From IMG/VR virus record IMGVR_UViG_3300008110_007313: a stretch of DNA of 64,000 nt. One strand, given 5' to 3'. Every line of letters starts with the position of its first letter. Positions within the stretch are counted from its first letter, which is position 1. Position numbers and translations under genes: made by a program. The DNA comes from a virus (taxonomy: Duplodnaviria > Caudoviricetes). Below are positions 56,612 through 64,000 of this stretch, piece after piece. Below the pieces are notes generated by a model. The model was not told the origin of the DNA. It saw only the letters and a list, made by a program, of their open reading frames with translations, and made no database searches.

Positions 56612-57049
56612 TTACATATTTTCCAACAGCCAAAGGTAAGCAGGGGTAGTAAACTTCAAACTTACTGTGCCGTTGCAGCCTAATGTATTGTAAAATTTAT
56701 GATCTGAGTGTTCACTAGCACTGTTGAAACTGTGGCTGTATACCGCTTGTTCTCGAACAACTTGATCAATGTCGATGTCATCTATCTTGAAGTTGTTGAC
56801 TTCAATTAGGCTGTCGCTGATGATTTCTAATTTTTCATTGACCTGCGTGTGTTGCGTAGTTTTGTTTTTCAACACAATTTTTATTGTGTGCGGTTGCTCA
56901 ATCTCATCGTCAAATTCGTGGGTGACATGCAGGGTGTTGGTCACTTGATTGTGATCAAGCAAACATTGGGCATTAACCCAAACTTCCATGCCCAGTGGTT
57001 GTTGTACATTGCTGGGCACAATGTCAAACTCTAAGAGTGAAATGGTCAT
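56612..57049 (-). CDS. Hypothetical protein
   Basis: 145-aa beta-rich ORF. Confidence 0.65.
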   Translation of the reverse strand: MTISLLEFDIVPSNVQQPLGMEVWVNAQCLLDHNQVTNTLHVTHEFDDEIEQPHTIKIVLKNKTTQHTQVNEKLEIISDSLIEVNNFKIDDIDIDQVVREQAVYSHSFNSASEHSDHKFYNTLGCNGTVSLKFTTPAYLWLLENM

Positions 57050-57411
57050 TAGTAATTGATTGTTACAGAATTGATAGTGCCGCCTGAGAATCCTTCTACG
57101 CGGATTCTCATCCAGGTAAAATTACCAGTGATTGTGGTGGGATGATAATCAGTTAATGGGATAGTGGACCCATCGCCGTACACGTAGGTTTCAAACCACA
57201 CAGCATTGTCGGCGTTGCTGTCTAACGTGGCTTCTAGTCTCATGATGCCTTCAAAACCAGACACGCTGAACGTGATGGTCTGTAATCCGCCTCGACCGCG
57301 ATAGTAGTTGGCAGCTTTGACAGCATCTGACGGCCAATCTTGGCTGCTTCCGTCATAGTTGCCGGAAGGCACACCGTAGTCAGTGCTGCCAAGAATGATT
57401 TCAGTGGTCAT
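57049..57411 (-). CDS. Hypothetical, probably structural beta-sandwich protein
   Basis: 120 aa, Gly/Thr/aromatic-rich (GNFTWMR). Confidence 0.65.
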   Translation of the reverse strand: MTTEIILGSTDYGVPSGNYDGSSQDWPSDAVKAANYYRGRGGLQTITFSVSGFEGIMRLEATLDSNADNAVWFETYVYGDGSTIPLTDYHPTTITGNFTWMRIRVEGFSGGTINSVTINY

Positions 57412-57581
57412 TGTTTGAGTTCAACTTCTACAACAACACCAGCACCCACAAGCTCTTCGCTCACAGCAGTGATAGCCTGCACAACATCAGCACTGGCAAT
57501 GGTGCCAGGACCTGTGGGTTCGTCGTCTTTCATCAGCTTGGAAAGTTTGATGGTAATGATTTCTTCGTGTATTTTAGCCAT
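57408..57581 (-). CDS. Small 57-aa protein missing from the ORF track
   Basis: MAKIHEEIITIKLSKLMKDD...VVVEVELKQ*, ATGA-coupled, TAAATA upstream. Confidence 0.65.
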   Translation of the reverse strand: MAKIHEEIITIKLSKLMKDDEPTGPGTIASADVVQAITAVSEELVGAGVVVEVELKQ

Positions 57582-57587
57582 AGTGTA

Positions 57588-58235
57588 TTATTTAGCCTTG
57601 ATGGTTAGAGTTTTGCGTACAATGCCTGGACAAACCAGTTGTAACATCACAAGATCTTGCATGTTGTTGTGATCCACAAAATAGTGACTCAAAGTATAAA
57701 AGTTGTTGCCTTTGCTGAGTTTGCGATGTAGTTCTTCAGTTATTCTAAAACAGTCACCGCGACTCAGTAAAAACTTAGACAAAATGTTCATGTTTTCTTT
57801 GGTCATGAAGCGTTCTCTAAGAAAAGTGCGATATTGATATTTGGGATTTTTCAACAGCAAGGTATCACGAGCACGATTTATAACAGCTTGCGTGGCCCAA
57901 CAATCTTGAGCATAGGGCAATGCACTCAAGCTTTGTAGGTCAGCCACAGAGTTGCTGTAAATGTAAACATGGTCATAGGTGAACACCACTTTGTGCTCGC
58001 CAAGGCTGACTAGACGATCTATTAGATCATGCAGATTTTTTTTAGCATCATCGTCTACCGTAGATGTATAGCGTCTAGGAGAATGCGTATTGTGCCAATG
58101 AACTCTGTGATCAATAAATTCATGGCTGAGTCCTCGCACGAAACTAACATGTTTGAGTTTAAAAGTCAGTCCGTATTCGTACTTGTCGTAGAATAGCCGG
58201 TCTTTAAAAGTTGGGTTAAAGATTAACGTTTCCAT
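57588..58235 (-). CDS. Hypothetical protein
   Basis: Likely start at 58235 (METLIFNPT), overlapping the clpA stop. Confidence 0.65.
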   Translation of the reverse strand: METLIFNPTFKDRLFYDKYEYGLTFKLKHVSFVRGLSHEFIDHRVHWHNTHSPRRYTSTVDDDAKKNLHDLIDRLVSLGEHKVVFTYDHVYIYSNSVADLQSLSALPYAQDCWATQAVINRARDTLLLKNPKYQYRTFLRERFMTKENMNILSKFLLSRGDCFRITEELHRKLSKGNNFYTLSHYFVDHNNMQDLVMLQLVCPGIVRKTLTIKAK

Positions 58236-60489
58236 TTTCGACTCGGATAAAACCATCAGCGTCCACAGTAGGCACAATGTTGGCAGTTACAACAAATTCA
58301 ATACTGTTGTTAACCCAGTCAGCTCGAACTGAACAATCACTCAGTCGATCAAACAAGATTTTCTTTGATAACGGAACTTTGATTAGTTCGTCAATCTTAC
58401 GTGCCAGGGGTCTTGCTCCCATTTTAGGATCGTAGCCTTTTTCGGCTAGAACGTCTATTACTGCTTCAGTGAGATCCAGTCGAATGTTCTTGGCATTCAA
58501 ACTTGTTTTGAGCTGGTCTACAAATTTTAACACAACTTTCTTGATACTGAGCTTGTCTAACTTGTTGAATCGGCAAATTTGATCAATACGATTGCGTAGT
58601 TCTGGCTTGAAGAACTCTTTCATTGCTCGGTCTTCGTTGCCTGTTTTTTCAAAACTACCAAAGCCAATGTTGTTGTTTTCATTGTCTCTAGCACCCAGGT
58701 TGGATGTCATGATGATCAAGGTATTCTTGCAGTCCACTCGCTTGCCATTGGCACCTGTGACGTGTCCTTCGTCCAGCATCTGCAACAGAATGTTGGTAAC
58801 ATCAGGGTGTGCTTTTTCAATCTCGTCAAACAAGATGATGGCATACGGGTTCTTGCTGAGATCTGAGATCAGCTTGCCGCCGCCCACGTTGCCATCTTCA
58901 AAGCCCACATAGCCTGGAGGAGCACCAATCAGCGAACTCACAGTGTGCTTCTCTTGAAACTCACTCATGTCATAGCGCAACAACGGCATGTCCAAGTTGT
59001 CACTCAACAGACGAGCTAGTTCTGTTTTACCTGTGCCAGTTGGTCCCAGGAACAAGAAGCTGGCCATGGGTTTTTTCTCATTGGCGATACCAGCAAAGCT
59101 GATGTACACACGCTCTAGCACAGCATCCACGGCTTGATCCTGTCCGTAGAGCTTTTGTTTGATATTGCTTTCAAGTTCAACAATTTTAGCACTGCGTTCA
59201 TTCTGCAAACGATCTGCAGGCACGCCTGTTGCACGGCTCAACTGTTGCTCGATCATGTCTTTGGTGATGGTGACCAAGCCTGCATCTTTTACACGCTCTC
59301 GAGCACAGGCAGCATCAATCAAGTCAATGCTTTTGTCGGGATTCTTTTTGTCATGAATATAACGATTAGCCAAATCTACCGCAGCGGTCATGGCCTCAGT
59401 TTCGATGAGAACATTATGGAACTGTTCAAGTCTGGGGCTGAGACCAATCAGGATCTGCTCAGTGGTTGCAGCATCAGGTTCATCAATGGCCAAGCGATAG
59501 AATCTGCGCATAAGAGCACGATCTTTCTCAAAGCTTTCATAGAACTCTTCCCAGGTAGTCGATGCAATGACTTTGAGATTGCCCTTGGTAATGGCTGGTT
59601 TCAGCATGTTGGCAAAGTCTAGACTGCTGTTAGAGCTAGCACCTGCGCCCTTCATGGTATGTGCTTCGTCCACAAACAAAATGCAATTCTTCTTAGACTC
59701 TAGTGCAGAAATTACAGCCTTGAACTTTTCTTCAAATTCGCCACGATACTTAGAACCTGCCAACAACGAGCCAATTTCTAAACTCCATACTTCGTGTCCT
59801 TTGAGAAACTCAGGTACACGACCTGCGTGAATTTCCTGGGCAAGGCCATCAATGATGGCAGTTTTACCCACGCCCGGGTCACCAACCATGAGCACGTTGG
59901 CCTTGAAACGTCGGGCCAGCACAGCAATCATATCTTCCAATTCTTGGCTACGGCCAATCAGCGGCTCCAGTTTATTGCCAGCGGCCTGTACAGAAATGTT
60001 TGTACAGTATTCGTTGAGAATGTCATTGGCTTGATCAGTGCTGAGTTTGGCCTCACTCTGTTGATAGTGTTTGTGCCAGAACTCTACAAACTCGGATTTT
60101 TTGACACCGTATTTGAGCAAGAAATAGTGTGCATGACTATTGGTTTCGGCCATGATACTAAGATACAGATCAACTGTTGTGAGCTGTCGCCGGCCAGTGA
60201 ACATGACCTGTACATTAGCACGATTAAAAATACGCTCCAGGGTTTGTGTTTTGCGAGGTTGATAATCAGTCTTGTCACTGACTAGATTGGATTGACTCAG
60301 TAGATAAGCCAACAATTCGTGGTCCAAGGTTTCAACATCGGTGCCGAATTTGTCAAGTACTCGACGAAACGGTTGGTGCCTGATTAGACTCAACAGCAGA
60401 TGTTCAGTTAACACATATTCATGTGAGTGATCCTTGGCCAGCTTTATAGCTGCATCTACCAACTGTTCAATTTCGGGATTGTTTTGCAT
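58216..60489 (-). CDS. clpA: ClpA-type Hsp100 AAA+ ATPase
   Basis: N-domain, GDPGVGKT, GPTGTGKT, DEIEKAHP, IGF loop (NIGFG), GARPL. Confidence 0.93.
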   Translation of the reverse strand: MQNNPEIEQLVDAAIKLAKDHSHEYVLTEHLLLSLIRHQPFRRVLDKFGTDVETLDHELLAYLLSQSNLVSDKTDYQPRKTQTLERIFNRANVQVMFTGRRQLTTVDLYLSIMAETNSHAHYFLLKYGVKKSEFVEFWHKHYQQSEAKLSTDQANDILNEYCTNISVQAAGNKLEPLIGRSQELEDMIAVLARRFKANVLMVGDPGVGKTAIIDGLAQEIHAGRVPEFLKGHEVWSLEIGSLLAGSKYRGEFEEKFKAVISALESKKNCILFVDEAHTMKGAGASSNSSLDFANMLKPAITKGNLKVIASTTWEEFYESFEKDRALMRRFYRLAIDEPDAATTEQILIGLSPRLEQFHNVLIETEAMTAAVDLANRYIHDKKNPDKSIDLIDAACARERVKDAGLVTITKDMIEQQLSRATGVPADRLQNERSAKIVELESNIKQKLYGQDQAVDAVLERVYISFAGIANEKKPMASFLFLGPTGTGKTELARLLSDNLDMPLLRYDMSEFQEKHTVSSLIGAPPGYVGFEDGNVGGGKLISDLSKNPYAIILFDEIEKAHPDVTNILLQMLDEGHVTGANGKRVDCKNTLIIMTSNLGARDNENNNIGFGSFEKTGNEDRAMKEFFKPELRNRIDQICRFNKLDKLSIKKVVLKFVDQLKTSLNAKNIRLDLTEAVIDVLAEKGYDPKMGARPLARKIDELIKVPLSKKILFDRLSDCSVRADWVNNSIEFVVTANIVPTVDADGFIRVENGNVNL

Positions 60490-60546
60490 GAACTTCCTTT
60501 TTTTAACAACACAAAGTTTTTTTATTATAACGCAATTTCACATGAA

Positions 60547-61329
60547 CTAGCGATGTTTTTGGATGGCTTCGGCTAAATCACTGCTAATTTTATCCGGAAT
60601 CTGGGCCAGTAGTCGTACCATCATATCACCTTTTCTGCCCTGTTGATCTCGTAGTCCTTGCTCTCGTAGTCGCAACTGTGTGCCCGGCTGACAACGTGCC
60701 GGCACACGAATGGTTAATTTTTCACCGTAGATATTTTCTACCACAATGTCACCGCCCAGTATCAAATCCCAAACCACCACACGATGATCTCTAGTGAGAT
60801 TCAGGGCCTGTCTGTGCCACACAGAATCTGGATGTATTCTAAAACTAATTACCAAATCTTGGCCACCAGGTCCCACACCCGGATATTGAACATTGTCACC
60901 ATCATTGAGTCCCAAGGGAATGTCAATTTCCAAAGTTTGATTGCCTTGAGCACTGTTTACTGCAATGGTTTTGCGTCCGCCTTGGGCAACATCTTGTAGA
61001 CGCACCCACAGACTCATACGAAGATGATTGCGTCTGGGATGTTGTCCAAATCCTGCGCCGCCGAACATCTGACTAAAAATGTCATTGATGTTAACATGTC
61101 CGCTGTCGCTGAATCCACTGAAGCCGTTGAACTGTGGTCTGGGATTGTCGTATTCACTTCGTTTCTGGTCATCGCTGAGTACAGCATAGGCAGCTTGTAC
61201 TTCTTGGAATCGAGCCTTGTCTCCTCCTTTGTCAGGATGGTGCTGGCTGGCTAACCGACGATAGGCCTTCTTGATTTCATCTTGACTGGCACCGCGAGAT
61301 ACTCCCAATGTTGCATAGTGGTCTGTCAT
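60547..61329 (-). CDS. Class II J-domain protein (DnaJ/CbpA-like, no Zn finger)
   Basis: DHYATLGV...HHPDKGG; G/F region; C-terminal peptide-binding domain; start at 61329. Confidence 0.9.
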   Translation of the reverse strand: MTDHYATLGVSRGASQDEIKKAYRRLASQHHPDKGGDKARFQEVQAAYAVLSDDQKRSEYDNPRPQFNGFSGFSDSGHVNINDIFSQMFGGAGFGQHPRRNHLRMSLWVRLQDVAQGGRKTIAVNSAQGNQTLEIDIPLGLNDGDNVQYPGVGPGGQDLVISFRIHPDSVWHRQALNLTRDHRVVVWDLILGGDIVVENIYGEKLTIRVPARCQPGTQLRLREQGLRDQQGRKGDMMVRLLAQIPDKISSDLAEAIQKHR

Positions 61330-61856
61330 TGTTCTTCTAACATTTTTTTGACTTCTAAACACTTGTCACATTTGCCGCAGTTCTTATAAAAAAAGCAACT
61401 GCTGACCAAGGGTTTGACATCATCGGGAATCTGATTCCATTGTTCCCGTTTGCTCATGTGTTCAAAAGGACGATAAAATTTTACATTAGGATGCAACAGC
61501 GTCCAGGCCTCAAACACGTTGGCTGGTCTTGCAGGTCCGTCTATATCGCCGCTGTGTCGACCTGCCCAGACTTCAGTGATTTTTGGATCCTTGGCACACC
61601 ATAGATTGGCCACGCTAATAAAGGTTCTAATTTGATGCACAAAGTGATAGGGTTCAGGTTCAATGGGAATGTGTATGCGTGCATAATTTATTTTGAACCC
61701 AAGTTTCTCTGCAATTTTTTCAGCAGATTCTTTCCTAAATGTAGGTATGCCGTAGGGATAGGTAGGTTCGATTGTGACCACAGTATCCATGGGATCTGCT
61801 TCACACAGTAGCAAGGTGCTTTCTACACCGCCGCTGAAAAGAATAAGTCTGCTCAT
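61326..61856 (-). CDS. Divergent QueC-like PP-loop ATPase
   Basis: [18 protein letters not shown]...CGKCDKC; lacks YGQRH, PARN and YPDC. Confidence 0.6.
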   Translation of the reverse strand: MSRLILFSGGVESTLLLCEADPMDTVVTIEPTYPYGIPTFRKESAEKIAEKLGFKINYARIHIPIEPEPYHFVHQIRTFISVANLWCAKDPKITEVWAGRHSGDIDGPARPANVFEAWTLLHPNVKFYRPFEHMSKREQWNQIPDDVKPLVSSCFFYKNCGKCDKCLEVKKMLEEQ

Positions 61857-61885
61857 AATATTATTTACAAGCAGACTGTGATGTC

Positions 61886-62101
61886 TTATTTCTTTTCAGG
61901 TACTTTAGTGCCTTCTAACTTTTTGTGTTGTTTGACTTCTTTGCAGTTCTGTTTGACTTTTTTAGTCTTTGGATCTATTACATCTTTGCCGTCTTTGTCT
62001 TTGACATCGACGCAGATTCTTTTGGTTTCTTTGGCAGGCTCTTCAGCAATGACAAATTGACTACCTAGAGCTAGTGCTAATGCAAGTATGATTTTTTTCA
62101 T
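61886..62101 (-). CDS. Small exported Lys-rich protein
   Basis: Signal peptide MKKIILALALALGSQFVIA; two Cys. Confidence 0.7.
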   Translation of the reverse strand: MKKIILALALALGSQFVIAEEPAKETKRICVDVKDKDGKDVIDPKTKKVKQNCKEVKQHKKLEGTKVPEKK

Positions 62102-62103
62102 GA

Positions 62104-62676
62104 TTATCTTTCTGGATAAAAGTCAGGCTGTGGTGGAGCAAGTTTGCCCCCAAAGCCTGCGGTTACTTGGCCGGATGCGCCAAAACTGTTGCCCATAGGT
62201 GGTGTTGCACCATATCCGGGTTGATATCCACCGGTGCTGCCGCCCATGACGGGGGTTGTGCCCCAGGAGTTTGTGCCTGGTGAATTATACGAGCCGCCGG
62301 GTTGGCTGAGACCTGGCGCAGGTTGGCCAAATGTTGTTGTGACGCTTTGTGATACGGGTTGTAGTGCATTTGATCCTCCTGATACGCCAGCCATTTTTTC
62401 TTGTCCGCGACTCCATGCACTGACACCCAGTACTGCACCCATGGCCACGTGGAACAGACCACCGCCTTGCAGTGTTATAGGTGCCCATTGACGGAACGCA
62501 TCGTTTTGTACAGCAGTTTCCCAGAATTGAACAACTGTGAACATTATTGGGAAAAACACAAAGTCAAACAAGCAGGCAGTCATGTACATGATGGCCATCA
62601 TGGGACGCCACTTCTTGGTCATCCAGTCTTCTTCGCTCTTGGTTATCTTGCTTGGGGGTAATTCTTTTTTGCTCAC
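62104..62676 (-). CDS. Putative holin (GTA 3TM-like) with a low-complexity tail
   Basis: WMTKKWRPMMAIMYM..C.FDF..FP...L.GGGLFH.AMGAVLGVSAW; near the endolysin. Confidence 0.65.
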   Translation of the reverse strand: MSKKELPPSKITKSEEDWMTKKWRPMMAIMYMTACLFDFVFFPIMFTVVQFWETAVQNDAFRQWAPITLQGGGLFHVAMGAVLGVSAWSRGQEKMAGVSGGSNALQPVSQSVTTTFGQPAPGLSQPGGSYNSPGTNSWGTTPVMGGSTGGYQPGYGATPPMGNSFGASGQVTAGFGGKLAPPQPDFYPER

Positions 62677-62710
62677 TGTTGGCTCCTTGTTGTAGTTGTT
62701 TTATTATTGT

Positions 62711-63442
62711 TCAATATCCAAATCTAGCTTTGTATTGATTGTACAGTCCTTGCACATCTGCTAGTGTGAGTATACCGTTGTAGGCCTTGACAAAACCTAT
62801 GTCGCCAGTTTGTACTTCTGTGCCTGCTGCTCTACTAAACAGTCGTATCTGATTAGGGCCACCGCCGCTGCCTAGATTAGTGACTGCAAACGCAGTGCCA
62901 ACGGGCTGAGTGCTTGTTGCTGTGTACAGTTGGCCCAGGCCTGTGCTAGCGTTCCAGGTACCCCAGGCAAAGTTCCATACAGTGTTTGCGCCTGAGCTAG
63001 GCAAGTTAACTGCATAGTTGGGGTAGAATGTATTTACAAAACCGTTGTAGGCCCCCAACAACCAGTCTCTAGTAGCTTCACTTTGTGTGTTCAACAATCT
63101 ACCTGCTGACGTGGCTGACAGTTTGTAGGCTGTGAATACACTGTAACTCTGCCCGGTGCTCCAGTTGGGACCACCGTAGATAACATCTGTCCCGGTGGCA
63201 TTGCTTTTTCTAAACAGTCCACCATTGGCTGAGTTCCAGCTAATACTGCCACCAGCATTGGCCACAGTGAGTGTGCGTTGACCCGTGGTCCCTGTTCCGT
63301 CGGCAACAGATCCATTCACAGGCACAGCAGAATAGTTGGCAGCGTCTAGATCATATACCAGGTCCACTGATGTAGAAAATCCTCGTTCAACGGTTATACC
63401 ATTGCCTATTTCAATGCCGGGTCCTATTACTATTGGCATCAA
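62711..63442 (-). CDS. ConA/LamG-like lectin-domain protein
   Basis: YDLDAANY, beta-rich, GDIG.VK.YN..LT..DV..LYN..K.RFG. Confidence 0.65.
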   Translation of the reverse strand: MMPIVIGPGIEIGNGITVERGFSTSVDLVYDLDAANYSAVPVNGSVADGTGTTGQRTLTVANAGGSISWNSANGGLFRKSNATGTDVIYGGPNWSTGQSYSVFTAYKLSATSAGRLLNTQSEATRDWLLGAYNGFVNTFYPNYAVNLPSSGANTVWNFAWGTWNASTGLGQLYTATSTQPVGTAFAVTNLGSGGGPNQIRLFSRAAGTEVQTGDIGFVKAYNGILTLADVQGLYNQYKARFGY

Positions 63443-64000
63443 TGATCTCCTAGTACATGCAGTGCATGATTGGTGTGTTTGATACGATCCTCTAGGCCAA
63501 TAAATCCACCGTTGATGGCACGAGTTAACCCTTTGACATCATTGGCGTCAGCAAAGCGATTGAGATTGTTTTGTTCCCAGAAGAAACAGGCACTTTGTGC
63601 CGCGCCTTCAAATGTGGCCAGATATTCGGCAGCCTCTTCTACTGATATACCCAGGCTGCCAGCAAAAAATGTGTAGTTGTCTTTGCCTGTGAGTTGGATC
63701 AAGCCGCGACCACAATAGCGCCAACCATCACCTGATGCTTCGTCGCCGTTGCCCATTCTGCTGGCATACACTCGGTTGGCAATCCTCTCAGGCTTGTTGG
63801 CATACTCGGCTGCCAAGGCGTCTGTGGGGAAATACTTGGGGAATACCTTGCGCAGGCTCACTGCTTTGTAGTTGAGATTCTCTTTGATGAACACAAAGTT
63901 TCCTGACTCATGTGCGCATTGTGCTATAAAGTGTGCAACTCGCAATGGAGTATCAATGCCATAGTCTGGCAGCAGTTGATCCAGTGCTTCATGCCAGTGG
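63439..64000 (-). CDS. Glycoside hydrolase family 19 endolysin (5' end outside the window)
   Basis: VAHFIAQCAHES, ENLNY, GRGLIQLTGKDNY, INGG..GL.DR. Confidence 0.92.
   Translation of the reverse strand, partial: HWHEALDQLLPDYGIDTPLRVAHFIAQCAHESGNFVFIKENLNYKAVSLRKVFPKYFPTDALAAEYANKPERIANRVYASRMGNGDEASGDGWRYCGRGLIQLTGKDNYTFFAGSLGISVEEAAEYLATFEGAAQSACFFWEQNNLNRFADANDVKGLTRAINGGFIGLEDRIKHTNHALHVLGDH

Noticed and set aside
61326-61856. Assigning the gene symbol queC
   Set aside because: Key QueC motifs are missing and the gene is unlinked to the cluster; kept as QueC-like only.
416-63676. Numerous short antisense or out-of-frame ORFs in the track
   Set aside because: They lie inside well-supported genes, lack an SD or motifs, and mirror the codon structure of the real genes.
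1-64000. Stop-codon reassignment, as seen in some large phages
   Set aside because: Core genes (polB, clpA, folE, galE) are full length in the standard code and the packing is tight.

Overview
A 64-kb segment of a large, probably lytic T4-like dsDNA phage, with almost all genes on the minus strand. The AhpC and desaturase types hint at a betaproteobacterial host (inference). From left to right: (i) 1-4.5 kb, an accessory region with a partial class II aldolase, ahpC, two tRNAs and small genes each behind a sigma70-consensus promoter. (ii) 4.5-32.5 kb, replication genes (family B polymerase, probable sliding clamp, RNase H/5'-3' exonuclease, DsbA/GapR-like protein) interleaved with a 7-deazaguanine DNA-modification pathway (folE, queD, queE, TGT-like dpdA, a second T-fold protein with an LxxxHRHxF motif) and many glycan-type enzymes (GT2, GT-B, GT10-like, GalE, mini-DegT, TagD-like, SGNH, methyltransferases, radical SAM/SPASM). 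(iii) 32.6-37.6 kb and 44.9-56.6 kb, modular proteins, several with T4 internal-protein-like N-termini and recurring hydrophobic-x-Glu linkers, carrying NTase, zincin, amidoligase, Nudix, HxGH-transferase, GNAT and LysM domains. (iv) 37.7-44.3 kb, a plus-strand island of exported, membrane and lipoprotein genes plus a fatty-acid desaturase. (v) 58-64 kb, ClpA, DnaJ, a divergent QueC-like protein, a holin and a GH19 endolysin. Three non-coding elements look like structured RNAs: a preQ1-I-like pseudoknot with an SD-sequestering hairpin in the queD leader, a multi-hairpin at 32.5-32.6 kb, and a ~500-nt island at 44.3-44.8 kb. No CRISPR array, integrase, intein or genetic-code reassignment was evident. 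All protein calls come from motifs recognised by eye, not from database searches.
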